Source: a bacterium | GTDB taxonomy: Bacteria > Bacillota > SLNR01 > JBMNPB01 | Direction: 5' to 3' | Assembly (NCBI GenBank): GCA_050943375.1 | Contig: JBMNPB010000001.1 | Span: 29,392-93,391 of the forward strand | Length of the DNA stretch: 64,000 nt | Shown here: positions 10,531 through 20,865 of the stretch, piece after piece | Numbering within the stretch: position 1 is the first letter of the stretch | Layout of the letters: every line of letters starts with the position of its first letter | The notes under the pieces: generated by a model | The model's input: only the letters and a program-made list of their open reading frames with translations | Told to the model about the DNA's origin: nothing | The model's database searches: none | Position numbers and translations under genes: made by a program

Positions 10531-12384
10531 ATGGAAATAGCCGAGCAATTGGCGCTTCTCCCGGAAAAACCGGGCGTCTATCTGATGCGGGACAAAAACG
10601 GGACGATTATCTATATCGGCAAGGCGGTATCACTGCGCAATCGGGTCCGCTCCTATTTCCAGTCCGGCCGTAATACGTCGCCCAAGACGCGGATAATGGC
10701 GAGTCAGATTGCGAATATCGATTATATTGTCACCGATTCCGAATTGGAAGCACTTATTCTGGAATGCAATCTGATTAAAAAGCACCGGCCGAAATATAAT
10801 ATCAGCCTGAAGGATGACAAACATTATCCTTATATCCGGGTCACCTGGCAGGAGGATTTTCCGCGGGTGCTGATCGCCCGGTCCATCCGCAAAGACGGAG
10901 CGAAATATTACGGCCCATACACCAGTTCATACGCCGTAGATGAGACGCTAAAACTGCTTCAGTCCATCTTCCCCCTGCGCACATGCCGTCATGATTTTAC
11001 CCGGGAAAAGCCGGGCCGTCCCTGCCTGAATTATCATATCAAGCGCTGCCTCGCTCCCTGCCAAGGCTATGTGAGCCGCGAAGTGTACCGGAATATGATC
11101 AGTGAAATCTGCCTCTTTCTGGAAGGGAGGCAGCAAGACTTGCTGCGCATGCTTGAGGAAAGAATGCGGACGGCGGCCGAAGCGCTTGATTTCGAAGCGG
11201 CGGCAAAGCTGCGCGACCGTCTGCAGGCGGTGCGGCAAGTAATCGAAAAACAGAAAATTATCTCCAGTGCCTTGGAGGACAGAGACGTAATCGCCATCGC
11301 CCGGAGCGGGGATGAAAGCTGCGCTCAGGTTTTTTTCATCCGCGGCGGCAAATTACTCGGCCGGGAGCATTTCTGGCTGAATGGCACGAGGGACGCCGCT
11401 TCCAAGGAAATTGTGGAAGGCTTCATCAAACAGTATTATAACAATGCCTCCTATATCCCGCGGGAAGTTGTTTTGCAAGAAGAAGTCGACGAAATTGGCA
11501 TTATTGAGGGCTGGCTGGCCGGCAAGCGGGGAAAAGTAGTGAAAATAACGGTGCCGAAGCGGGGCAAGAAGCGGGAACTGCTGAAGATGGTGCAGAAAAA
11601 CGCCGTTCTTGTTCTTGAGCAAATGGAGGAGAAGCGCCGCCATGATCTGGCGATGACGGAAGGGGCAGTCCTGTTACTGCAGGAGGTACTGCATCTCCCG
11701 GCGCCGCCGAAACGGATCGAGTGTTACGATATTTCCAATATCCAGGGCACCGAGGCGGTCGGCTCGATGGTTGTTTTTCTGGACGGCCGTCCTGCTCCCA
11801 AGGAGTACCGCCATTTCAAAATCAAAACGGTGGATGGTCCGAACGATTTTGCCATGCTGCGGGAAGTCTTGCAGCGGCGCCTGCGGCGGGCAGCCGGTGG
11901 TACAGACGGCAAATTCGCCGTCCTGCCGGATCTGTTAGTGGTGGACGGTGGCAAAGGGCAGTTGGGAATAGCGGTTGCCGTCCGGCAGGAACTTGGGCTG
12001 GAGCACCTGCCGATGATCGGTCTCGCCAAAGAATTCGAGCATATTTTCCGGCCGGGCATCTCCGAACCCCTCGTCCTGCCGACCTCGTCGCCGGCCTTGT
12101 ATCTGCTGCAGCGCCTGCGGGATGAAGCACACCGCTTCGCCGTCACTCATCACCGCAATCTGCGGACGAAACGGATGGTGGAGTCGGAATTGGACAGGAT
12201 CGACGGAGTAGGCAAAAAAAGAAAGGTCGCCTTGCTGAAGCATTTCGGGTCAATTGCCGCTTTGCGTCAGGCAAGCGCCGAGGAAGTGGCTGCCGTTCCG
12301 GGTATCGGCCGGCGGCTGGCCGGAGAGATTCTTGAGCACCTGCGTGACCCGGACGGTCCGGCCGCCGGGGAAGATGAGAAATGA
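10531..12384 (+). CDS. uvrC: Excinuclease ABC subunit C
   Basis: GIY-YIG (GVY..YIGKA), ECYDISN, DGGKGQ, RDEAHRFA, C-terminal HhH. Confidence 0.97.
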   Translation: MEIAEQLALLPEKPGVYLMRDKNGTIIYIGKAVSLRNRVRSYFQSGRNTSPKTRIMASQIANIDYIVTDSELEALILECNLIKKHRPKYNISLKDDKHYPYIRVTWQEDFPRVLIARSIRKDGAKYYGPYTSSYAVDETLKLLQSIFPLRTCRHDFTREKPGRPCLNYHIKRCLAPCQGYVSREVYRNMISEICLFLEGRQQDLLRMLEERMRTAAEALDFEAAAKLRDRLQAVRQVIEKQKIISSALEDRDVIAIARSGDESCAQVFFIRGGKLLGREHFWLNGTRDAASKEIVEGFIKQYYNNASYIPREVVLQEEVDEIGIIEGWLAGKRGKVVKITVPKRGKKRELLKMVQKNAVLVLEQMEEKRRHDLAMTEGAVLLLQEVLHLPAPPKRIECYDISNIQGTEAVGSMVVFLDGRPAPKEYRHFKIKTVDGPNDFAMLREVLQRRLRRAAGGTDGKFAVLPDLLVVDGGKGQLGIAVAVRQELGLEHLPMIGLAKEFEHIFRPGISEPLVLPTSSPALYLLQRLRDEAHRFAVTHHRNLRTKRMVESELDRIDGVGKKRKVALLKHFGSIAALRQASAEEVAAVPGIGRRLAGEILEHLRDPDGPAAGEDEK

Positions 12385-12407
12385 GACGGCGCCGGGACAA
12401 CGACTTA

Positions 12408-12436
12408 TTGACAGGGCGGGGACGGTCTGTTAAGAT
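12408..12436 (+). promoter_or_regulatory. Sigma-A promoter for the proC leader
   Basis: TTGACA, 17 bp, TG-n-TAAGAT. Confidence 0.7.
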
Positions 12437-12449
12437 AGACGAAACAGAA

Positions 12450-12722
12450 GACGGAGAAAGATGATGACGGAACCCATTAAGCAGCTTAGACTGAGCAGGG
12501 AGTGAGGTCTGTTAACTGGGAGACCTTACCGGTTGAACTGCCGAAACCCTTTCCGGAATCGCAGGCAGAACGGTTCGCTTAGTATGCTGTGCCGGTCACC
12601 GCCGTTAACGGTTATGCAGTCCGGATTGGACTGCGGTCAGAGAGGGTCCGCCAGAGGACCAATCAGGGTGGTACCACGGAGGTAATGCTTTCGTCCCTTT
12701 AGGGAGGAGAGCATTTTTTGTT
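12450..12722 (+). promoter_or_regulatory. Proline T-box riboswitch
   Basis: T-box sequence AATCAGGGTGGTACCACGG at 12661-12679; candidate specifier GAAACCCT with a Pro codon near 12545; terminator ending AGCATTTTTTG; lies upstream of proC. 5' boundary is approximate. Confidence 0.9.
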
Positions 12723-12755
12723 GGTTGTGCCAGATAAGAGCAAGGAGGAAAGATT

Positions 12756-13595
12756 ATGAATGGAAAGATCGGTTTTCTCGGTGCCGGAATGATGGCCGAG
12801 GCGTTGATTAAAGGTTTGCTGCGGGAGAAAATCGTCGAAAGCAAAGACATTCTGGTCAGTGACATTATCCCGGAGCGGCTTGAGTTCCTGCAGGAAAAAT
12901 ATGGGGTCGGCATCGGCGGCGGCAACCGGCAGACGGCTGTGGCTGCCGGCACAGTCTTTCTTTCCGTCAAACCGCAAGTTATCGAAAAAGTGCTGCTGGA
13001 AATATCACCCGTCATCACTCCCGGCAAACTGGTCGTATCCATCGCGGCCGGAATAACAACGGAGTATCTGGAAAGTTATCTCCGGAAAAATGCCCGGGTC
13101 GTCCGTCTGATGCCGAATACGCCTTGTCTCGTTGAAGAAGGCATTACGGCGTTTTGCCTCGGTCAAAATGCCGGGGAAGCGGAAGCGGAAGAGGTTAAAC
13201 GCCTCATCGGCCCGATGGGGAAAATTCTCTGGACGGAGGAAAAAATGATGGATGCGGTGACCGGCCTCAGCGGAAGCGGCCCGGCCTTTGCCTTTCTGCT
13301 CATCGAGGCGATGGCGGACGGCGGCGTCCTGGCCGGCTTCTCCCGGGATACGGCCGTGCTGCTGGCAGCCCAGACGTGTTTGGGCGCGGCCAAGATGGTG
13401 CTGGAGATGGATGAACATCCCGGACAGCTGCGGGACATGGTGACTTCTCCGGGCGGTACCGCGATTGCGGGAATCCAAGCCATGGAAGAGAGCGGAGTCA
13501 GGGCGGCGATGATGAAGGCGATCATGGCGGCGACAAAACGCTCCCGGGAACTGGGAATGAAAAACACGCCTTTCCAGGGGGACCGGCCACGGTAA
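12756..13595 (+). CDS. proC: Pyrroline-5-carboxylate reductase
   Basis: GFLGAGMM, SVKPQ, RLMPNTP, GLSGSGPA, VTSPGGT. Confidence 0.95.
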   Translation: MNGKIGFLGAGMMAEALIKGLLREKIVESKDILVSDIIPERLEFLQEKYGVGIGGGNRQTAVAAGTVFLSVKPQVIEKVLLEISPVITPGKLVVSIAAGITTEYLESYLRKNARVVRLMPNTPCLVEEGITAFCLGQNAGEAEAEEVKRLIGPMGKILWTEEKMMDAVTGLSGSGPAFAFLLIEAMADGGVLAGFSRDTAVLLAAQTCLGAAKMVLEMDEHPGQLRDMVTSPGGTAIAGIQAMEESGVRAAMMKAIMAATKRSRELGMKNTPFQGDRPR

Positions 13596-13810
13596 AAGCA
13601 GCCGCATTCCTTTTCCGGGGAGCGAATTATCCCGGGGAATAAAGGACTTCCCGGACCGGAAGTTGAAAATAACACCGCGGATTTTTTACAAATCCATCAC
13701 CTTATCGGCACAGCGGGCCGGGAAATGGATGCTCTCATCCCGGACGGCAGCCGCGGTTGGTCTGGAACGCGGGGTAAGAAGCCCGCTTATCTTCTAAAGG
13801 GGGAGTCAAT

Positions 13811-14824
13811 GTGGATTATCAGGAGATTACCAAGAAAGCCCGGGCTGCAATGCAGGCCAGATGCCGCGTTTGTCCGACATGTGACGGAAAAGCGTGCGCC
13901 GGGGAAATCCCGGGTCTGGGCGGAACGGGGACGGGAACCGCTTTTCAGGAGAACGTGGCGGCACTGGCCGGTTATCGGCTGAATTTAAGGACTATCCACG
14001 GGGCCAAAGATCCGAGTACGGCGACAGAACTGTTCGGGCGGCAAATCGGCACTCCGATTGTGGCGGCACCGATTACCGGCGCCAAGATTAATATGGGCGG
14101 GGCAATGACGGAGCAGGAATACAATGATGCCGTCATTCTGGGCAGCAAGGCGGCCGGATCAATCGGCATGTGCGGCGATACGGGGGACCCGACGATATAT
14201 GATGCGGGGATCGCCGCGCTGCGTAAAGCGCAAGGTTTCGGGATCCCGTTTATCAAACCGCGCGAGCAGGCGGAGATTATTAACCGGGTTAAAATTGCCG
14301 AAGCGGCCGGCGCCCCGGCCGTCGGCGTCGATGTCGATGGCGCCGGGCTCGTGATAATGAGGATGCTCGGGCAGCCGGTCGGCCCCAAGACACCGGAAGA
14401 GCTCCGGGAGATCGTCGCCGCCACCGATCTGCCTTTTATTCTGAAGGGGATAATGACGCCGGACGAGGCGGAAATCGCTGTCGAAGTCGGCGCGAAAGCC
14501 ATCGTTGTCTCCAATCACGGCGGCAGGGTTCTCGATTACACACCGGGGGTAGCTGATGTCTTGCCGGAGATTGCCGAGGCTGTCAAAGGTAAAATCACAA
14601 TTATGGCTGACGGGGGGGTGCGGAGCGGAACTGACGCGCTCAAGATGCTCGCCCTGGGGGCTGACATGGTCCTCGTCGGGCGTCCGGTCATCGTCGGCGC
14701 TTTCGGCGGCGGCGCGGACGGAGTGCAGGCGGTGCTGGAGAAAATGACGGCCGAATTGAAACAGGCGATGATCCTGACCGGCTGCCGGAATATTGCGGCG
14801 ATCGACGGAAGAATCATTTATTGA
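13811..14824 (+). CDS. FMN-dependent alpha-hydroxy acid oxidase/dehydrogenase
   Basis: LKGIM, VSNHGGRVLD, DGGVRSGTD..K.LALGA; N-terminal Cys cluster. Confidence 0.88.
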   Translation: MDYQEITKKARAAMQARCRVCPTCDGKACAGEIPGLGGTGTGTAFQENVAALAGYRLNLRTIHGAKDPSTATELFGRQIGTPIVAAPITGAKINMGGAMTEQEYNDAVILGSKAAGSIGMCGDTGDPTIYDAGIAALRKAQGFGIPFIKPREQAEIINRVKIAEAAGAPAVGVDVDGAGLVIMRMLGQPVGPKTPEELREIVAATDLPFILKGIMTPDEAEIAVEVGAKAIVVSNHGGRVLDYTPGVADVLPEIAEAVKGKITIMADGGVRSGTDALKMLALGADMVLVGRPVIVGAFGGGADGVQAVLEKMTAELKQAMILTGCRNIAAIDGRIIY

Positions 14825-14864
14825 CCGCCGGAACGGTGTCACCGGAAAAGGAGGTCTCACGTCG

Positions 14865-15365
14865 ATGCTTGATCTGTTCAGAAAAGTAAGCCGACTTCTG
14901 CTGCCGATAACCTTCGTCAAAGCGCCGGTCAGCGGACGGCTCGTTCCGCTCGCGGCTATTCCGGACCAGGCTTTTTCGCAGGGACTGCTGGGGGAAGGAG
15001 TGGCAATTGCCCCGGAGGAAGGCAGGGTGGTGGCTCCTGTAAGCGGAGAAATCACTAAAGTTTTTCCCCTGGGACATGCGGTCAGTCTGGCGGCGGAGAG
15101 CGGTATATCACTGCTGGTGCATGTGGGCGTAGGCGTGGACAATGTGGGAGAGGATGTCTTCCGGCCGAGCGTGAATAAAGGCGACCGGGTGGACGCTGGC
15201 GATTTGCTGCTGGAATTCGACCTGGCCTTGGCCAGGGAGCAACTGCCTTTGCTGGTGGTGCCGGTAATCGTTACGAACGTGTCGGGGCGCAAGAAAGTCT
15301 GGCCGGTTGCCGGGACGAAGGTCATTGCCGGGAAGGACAATATTCTGCGCATCACCGGGCGCTAA
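14865..15365 (+). CDS. Stand-alone PTS glucose-family EIIA component
   Basis: APVSG..VPL..IPD..FS..LLGEGVAI.P, HAV, LVHVG; RBS AGGAGG. Confidence 0.85.
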   Translation: MLDLFRKVSRLLLPITFVKAPVSGRLVPLAAIPDQAFSQGLLGEGVAIAPEEGRVVAPVSGEITKVFPLGHAVSLAAESGISLLVHVGVGVDNVGEDVFRPSVNKGDRVDAGDLLLEFDLALAREQLPLLVVPVIVTNVSGRKKVWPVAGTKVIAGKDNILRITGR

Positions 15366-15467
15366 GTATTTTTCGAAAAGAAGCGGCAGCGGCGCTTCTT
15401 TTCTGCTATACGGTTGTTCAGGCCGGGAATGTTTCGTTATCATGGGAGCAGAGAATTGGGAACGGGG

Positions 15468-16640
15468 GTGGAGGAACTGCGCATTCTTGTTGCGCCCGAT
15501 TCTTTCAAGGGCAGCCTGTCGGCCGCCGCGGCGGCCGGCGCGATTGCCGCGGGGATCCGCCGGGTCTGGCCGACGGCGGCAATTGAGGAATTGCCGCTTG
15601 CCGACGGCGGTGAAGGGACGGTGGACGCGCTCATCGCGGCGACGGGCGGACAGCGGCGCCGCCGCACCGTCCAAGATCCGCTGGGGCGTCCGGTCGAGGC
15701 GGAGTTCGGTATTCTGGGTGACGGCAGAACAGCCGTAATGGAAATGGCGGCTGCTTCCGGCCTGACATTGTTGGCGCCGGCGGAGCGCAATCCCCTGACG
15801 GCGTCGACGTACGGGACGGGGGAATTGCTGCGGGCGGCCCTCGACGCCGGCTGCCGGAAGATCATCATCGGGATTGGCGGCAGCGCCACCAATGACGGCG
15901 GCGCCGGAATGGCCAGCGCTCTGGGAGCGAGGCTGTTTGACGGGGAAGGCGCGGAACTGCCCCCGGGCGGTGCTGCCCTGGGGCGTCTGGCCGGGATTGA
16001 TACGGGCAATCTGGATGCAAGGCTGCGGGAAACGGAAATCATCATTGCCAGTGATGTGGATAACCCGTTGTGCGGTCCCCGGGGCGCCTCCTTTGTTTAT
16101 GGGCCGCAGAAAGGAGCGACGGCGGCGATGGCGGAACTGCTGGACCGGAGTCTGGCCCGGTACGGGGCTTGTCTGGCGGCGCTGACCGGCAGAAATGTGG
16201 CCGAGCAGCCCGGGGCGGGCGCAGCCGGCGGTCTCGGTGCCGGACTGCTCGCTTTAACCGGCGGCCGTTTGCAGCCGGGCATCGACGTTGTCGTGGCAGC
16301 GGTCGGACTGGCGGAGCGTCTCGCGAGTAAAGATCTGGCGATCACCGGGGAGGGCAGTTTAGACAGCCAGACCATGTACGGCAAGGTTCCTTACGGAGTC
16401 GCCCGGCTGGCCCGCCGCTGCGGAGTACCGGTGATTGCCGTAGCCGGAAGGGTGGCGGCCGATTTCCCTTTCGCCGCGTGCGGTTTAGCCGGGGCGATGA
16501 GTCTGCCGCCGGGGCCGGTAGCATTAAGTGAAGCGATGCTGCGGGCGGAAGAATATACCGCTCTGGCGGCTGAGCGGGCAGCGCGGCTGATGGAATTGGG
16601 ACGGCAAATCGGCCGCAGCCAGAAGCGAGAGGTGAAATGA
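15468..16640 (+). CDS. Glycerate kinase (GlxK/GarK family)
   Basis: APDSFKGSL, ADGGEGT, GGSATNDGG, GAAGGLG, TGEGSLD.QT..GK. Confidence 0.93.
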   Translation: MEELRILVAPDSFKGSLSAAAAAGAIAAGIRRVWPTAAIEELPLADGGEGTVDALIAATGGQRRRRTVQDPLGRPVEAEFGILGDGRTAVMEMAAASGLTLLAPAERNPLTASTYGTGELLRAALDAGCRKIIIGIGGSATNDGGAGMASALGARLFDGEGAELPPGGAALGRLAGIDTGNLDARLRETEIIIASDVDNPLCGPRGASFVYGPQKGATAAMAELLDRSLARYGACLAALTGRNVAEQPGAGAAGGLGAGLLALTGGRLQPGIDVVVAAVGLAERLASKDLAITGEGSLDSQTMYGKVPYGVARLARRCGVPVIAVAGRVAADFPFAACGLAGAMSLPPGPVALSEAMLRAEEYTALAAERAARLMELGRQIGRSQKREVK

Positions 16641-16935
16641 TACCAACGGCGAAAACATCTTTGTCCCGGTGGCTTCCGGATGCTGGCGCAGGCATGCTGC
16701 GGCCGGCGTCGGATATCTGCGTTCTGGGCAATGATAGTCAGGAATATTTTTTACCGAGTGCCTCAGGCAGCCGCGGGATCGACCGGACCGGGCGACGGAC
16801 GTGCGCCGACGGATAACAGCGATGCTTCTCTCTTCCGCCGCGCCGTATTGACAAAGCGGTGGCAGCCGCGATAAAGCGGAACTGCCGCGGGTATGCTAAA
16901 AGGACAGTCTGAAAGCAAGGAGTGCAACCGAAGTG

Positions 16936-17688
16936 ATGATTTTCGCCGATTACCATACCCATACTCGTTACAGCCACGGCCGGGGTACGGTGGAAGAAAA
17001 CGTCCGGGCGGCGGCCGGCAAAGGATTGGAAGCGGTGGCGATTTCCGACCATGGACCGGCCGGGCTCGGGATCGGGATTAAGCAGGCGGACACCCTGCTG
17101 CAGATTAAAGAGGAAGTTGCGCTTTGTCAGGAGCAATACCCGACCGTGCGGGCAATGACCGGTGTGGAGGCGAATGTCATCAGTCTGGACGGGCGCCTGG
17201 ATGTCCCGCCGGAGATTTTGCGGCAATTGGATGTGGTAATGGCCGGCTTGCATCTGCAGGTCGTCGCCGCTTCCCTGGCGGACCAGGCAGGGCTGGTTTT
17301 CAATAACCTCCTGGCCCGGTTCAGCCGCCGGACGGCGGCCAAAGTCCGTGTTGCCAACACGAAGGCGGTTGTGGAAGCGGTCAATCGCAGTCATATCGAT
17401 ATCATTACCCACCCCGGCCTGCGACTGCCCATCGACACGGGCGAATTGGCCGTCGCCTGCGCCAAAAAGGGCACGGCGCTGGAGATCAATTCCGCCCATG
17501 GGAATATGACCCGGGAATTCGTGCAAATCGGCCTCCGGGCGGGAGCGAAATTCGCCGTCGGCAGCGACGCGCATCAACCGCACCGGGTTGGTGACTTTCA
17601 AAGGGCGCTGGAGCTCATCGAGGCAACCGGGCTGCCGGCTTCGCAAATCATCAATGCCCGGGCTGCCGACGGAAAGACGGGGGAATGA
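16936..17688 (+). CDS. PHP-domain phosphoesterase
   Basis: DYHTHT, SDHG, THP, GSDAH motifs. Confidence 0.88.
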   Translation: MIFADYHTHTRYSHGRGTVEENVRAAAGKGLEAVAISDHGPAGLGIGIKQADTLLQIKEEVALCQEQYPTVRAMTGVEANVISLDGRLDVPPEILRQLDVVMAGLHLQVVAASLADQAGLVFNNLLARFSRRTAAKVRVANTKAVVEAVNRSHIDIITHPGLRLPIDTGELAVACAKKGTALEINSAHGNMTREFVQIGLRAGAKFAVGSDAHQPHRVGDFQRALELIEATGLPASQIINARAADGKTGE

Positions 17689-17702
17689 AGCGAGTGGAGA
17701 AG

Positions 17703-18578
17703 ATGAAATTTGTGATTATCACCGGATTGTCCGGCGCCGGCAGAACGCAGGCGGTACGGGCATTGGAGGATCTCGGATTTTTCTGTGTCGATAATCTGCC
17801 GCCGACGTTGATTCCCAAATTCGCCGAGCTGTGCGCCCAATCGGAAGGGAAAATCGCCAAAATTGCTCTCGTTATCGATATCCGCGGCGGCCAGTTTTTC
17901 GGTGATCTGTTCGCGGCGCTTGAACATCTGGAGGAGACCGGTTTTGTCTTTCAAATCCTGTTTTTGGAGGCCGCGGATGAAACGCTCGTCCGGCGGTTCA
18001 AGGAGACGCGGCGAAGGCATCCCCTGGCACCGCAGGGCCGCCTCCTGGAAGGGATTACAGCGGAAAGAAAGCGATTGGAGGAATTGCGGGGGAGAGCGCA
18101 CCGGATTATCGACACTTCCCGGTTGACCCCGAATCAACTGCGGGATGAAGTCATGTCCCTGTTTGCCGCTGACGCCGAAATCGACCGCATGGGAATTACT
18201 CTTGTCTCCTTCGGTTTCAAATATGGACTTCCTCTCGATGCCGACCTGGTCCTCGACGTCCGTTTCCTCCCGAATCCGCATTATGTGGAATCCTTGCGGC
18301 CTCTCCCCGGAACGGAAGCGGCCGTTCGGGAATACGTGACCAAATGGCCGATTACCGGGCGATTTATCGAGAAAAGCTTCGGTCTGCTCGACTTTCTGTT
18401 GCCCAATTACCTGAGTGAAGGCAAAACGACTTTGACAGTGGCCGTAGGCTGTACCGGAGGAAAGCACCGCTCAGTGGTAATCGCCGAAAAATTGGCGGAG
18501 ATGCTGCGGAAAAAAGGATATGAAGCAGCGGCGGTACATCGGGATGCCGCTAAAAGCGGCGCGGAGGCTGGAGAATAA
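17703..18578 (+). CDS. rapZ: RNase adapter RapZ (YvcJ-like P-loop protein)
   Basis: ITGLSGAG, CVDNLPP, SFGFKYG, DVRFLPNP, GCTGGKHRSV. Confidence 0.93.
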   Translation: MKFVIITGLSGAGRTQAVRALEDLGFFCVDNLPPTLIPKFAELCAQSEGKIAKIALVIDIRGGQFFGDLFAALEHLEETGFVFQILFLEAADETLVRRFKETRRRHPLAPQGRLLEGITAERKRLEELRGRAHRIIDTSRLTPNQLRDEVMSLFAADAEIDRMGITLVSFGFKYGLPLDADLVLDVRFLPNPHYVESLRPLPGTEAAVREYVTKWPITGRFIEKSFGLLDFLLPNYLSEGKTTLTVAVGCTGGKHRSVVIAEKLAEMLRKKGYEAAAVHRDAAKSGAEAGE

Positions 18579-19864
18579 TGAGACGAATTCGGCAGTTGAT
18601 GACTCCCGGCATTGGAATAAAACGTTGGCTGTTCCTTTTCTTTCTCGGCCTGGTCCTGACCGCCGTCGGTATTGCCACCGGTGTCGGCACCGGCGTTCTC
18701 GGCCGTCTCGAGAGTTTGGCCATTGACACTATCTTTCTCGCCACCGGCCGTTTCCTGCCCCCCTGGGTGCGCGGCATTTTGTCCGGCGCGGCCGGCGTTA
18801 CACTTTGTCTGTACTCTTTGCTGCGGCTGGTTCATGCCATGCTGTCGGTATTGGCGCCGCAAAACAAAAAAGGCTTGCTTGACGCCCTATACCAGAAAAG
18901 ACAACTGGGACGGGGCCCGCGCATCGTCGTCCTCGGCGGCGGCACCGGGCTTTCGGTTTTGCTGCGTGGCCTGAAAGAGTACACGAGCAATCTGACGGCA
19001 ATAGTAACTGTTGCCGATGACGGCGGAAGCTCCGGCCGCCTGCGGAACGATTTCGGTATTCTGCCGCCCGGCGATATCCGGAACTGCCTTCTGGCTCTGG
19101 CCGATACCGAACCGCTGCTGGAGAAATTGTTTCAGTACCGGTTCGGGCAGGGTAAAGAATTGGCCGGGCATAGCTTCGGCAATCTGTTCATCGCTGCGAT
19201 GACGGAGATTACGGGGGATTTTGAACTGGCGGTTCGGGAATCAAGTAAAGTTCTGGCCGTCCGCGGGCGGGTTTACCCGTCGACGCTTACGTCGGTCCGG
19301 CTCCACGCCGAATACAGCGATGGAACGGGCGTTGCCGGTGAGTCGAACATCCCGCAGCCGGGAAAAAAGATTAAGCGGGTTTTCCTGCAGCCGCCCGATT
19401 GCCGGCCGACGGAAGAAGCACTGGCAGCTGTCCGGGAAGCGGAGATTATCATCCTCGGTCCGGGCAGCCTTTACACAAGCATCCTGCCCAATCTCCTGGT
19501 GACGCCGCTGCCGGCCGCGCTGCGGGCCTCCCGGGCGCTGAAGGTGTATGTCTGCAACATCATGACGCAGCCGGGCGAGACGGACGATTATACGGCAGGC
19601 GACCATTTGCGGGTGGTTTCCGAGTATCTCGGACCGGGAACAGTGGACTGTATTCTTGTCAACACCCGCTCGCTGCCGCTGCGCCTGCAGAGGAAGTACG
19701 AAGCGCAAGGCGCCTATCCGGTCACGGTCGACCGGAGGCAGCTGGAAGAAATGGGTGTCCGGACAATTGAAGCCGACTTGATTTCCACCGCTGATCACGC
19801 CCGGCATGACCCGGGCAAACTGGCGGCCGCCTTGCTTCGTCTTTCCGGGGATTTGCGGAGCTGA
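18578..19864 (+). CDS. yvcK: Gluconeogenesis factor YvcK/GlmR with N-terminal TM segments
   Basis: GGGTGLS, DDGGSSG, PPGDIRNC, GHSFGNL, GPGSLYTS. Confidence 0.92.
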   Translation: MRRIRQLMTPGIGIKRWLFLFFLGLVLTAVGIATGVGTGVLGRLESLAIDTIFLATGRFLPPWVRGILSGAAGVTLCLYSLLRLVHAMLSVLAPQNKKGLLDALYQKRQLGRGPRIVVLGGGTGLSVLLRGLKEYTSNLTAIVTVADDGGSSGRLRNDFGILPPGDIRNCLLALADTEPLLEKLFQYRFGQGKELAGHSFGNLFIAAMTEITGDFELAVRESSKVLAVRGRVYPSTLTSVRLHAEYSDGTGVAGESNIPQPGKKIKRVFLQPPDCRPTEEALAAVREAEIIILGPGSLYTSILPNLLVTPLPAALRASRALKVYVCNIMTQPGETDDYTAGDHLRVVSEYLGPGTVDCILVNTRSLPLRLQRKYEAQGAYPVTVDRRQLEEMGVRTIEADLISTADHARHDPGKLAAALLRLSGDLRS

Positions 19865-19896
19865 GCGGAAGGCAGCGAATGACTGAGGATGGGGGG

Positions 19897-20865
19897 ATGG
19901 TGTTGTCTTTCTCATTGGATGCGAAAGAAGAAATGGCCAAAATTTTTCCGGATAAGCCCTGCTGCCGGCAGGCGGAACTGACTGCTCTGGTGCAGACGCT
20001 CGGGGTAATCCGCATCAGCGGCCAGCATCGCCTCGGCCTTTATCTGAATACCGAAAATGCGGCGGTGGCCAGAAAAGTTTATCGGCTTCTGAAAAGCGTT
20101 TTCAGCGCCCCCGCCGATATTATCATCCGCCGCCGCCGGCTGCTGCGCAAAAGTAATGTCTATTTGGTGCGGGTTGCCGAGACGGAAAAGGTGAAAGACA
20201 TTCTGCTCCGCCTGGACCTTCTGGCCGAAGCGTCCGGAACGGCGCCGGCGATTGACCGGCGCAAGCTCCGGCAGAGATGCTGCCGGCGGTCTTATCTGAG
20301 AGGCGCCTTTCTGGGCTGCGGGTCGGTGAACAGTCCTTCCCGCTCTTATCATCTCGAGTTTGTCACCAAGAGTGAGAGTTACGCCGCCGCCCTTTGCCGC
20401 CTGCTTAAGCGATATGAATTAAACGCCAAAACTAACCAGCGCAAGAATGATTTTGTTGTCTATATGAAAGACGGCGATACCATCAGCCGTCTCCTCAGCA
20501 TGATGGGGGCCCACTCCTCGTTGCTTGCCTTTGAGAATATCCGGGTAGTCAAAGAAATGCGCAACAATATTAATCGCGTCGTCAATTGCGAAACGGCCAA
20601 TTTGCGCAAGACGGTCGATGCGGCCATGGCGCAGCGGGAATATATCGACTATATCGCGGACAAGATCGGTCTGGACAATCTCCCGGCCAAGCTGCGGGAG
20701 ACGGCCGAACTCCGCCGCCGATATCCGGAGGCAAGTTTGCAGGAACTTGGGCAGATGCACGATCCCCGCATCGGGAAATCGGGCATCCGGCACCGGCTCG
20801 ACCGCCTGAAGGAGATCGCCGAGAAGCGGTGCCGGCAGGAGAGCGGGGAGGAGATGACGCGGTGA
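19897..20865 (+). CDS. whiA: DNA-binding protein WhiA
   Basis: YLRGAFL..GS, YHLE, NRVVNCETAN..KT; canonical position after rapZ-yvcK; start codon uncertain. Confidence 0.92.
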   Translation: MVLSFSLDAKEEMAKIFPDKPCCRQAELTALVQTLGVIRISGQHRLGLYLNTENAAVARKVYRLLKSVFSAPADIIIRRRRLLRKSNVYLVRVAETEKVKDILLRLDLLAEASGTAPAIDRRKLRQRCCRRSYLRGAFLGCGSVNSPSRSYHLEFVTKSESYAAALCRLLKRYELNAKTNQRKNDFVVYMKDGDTISRLLSMMGAHSSLLAFENIRVVKEMRNNINRVVNCETANLRKTVDAAMAQREYIDYIADKIGLDNLPAKLRETAELRRRYPEASLQELGQMHDPRIGKSGIRHRLDRLKEIAEKRCRQESGEEMTR

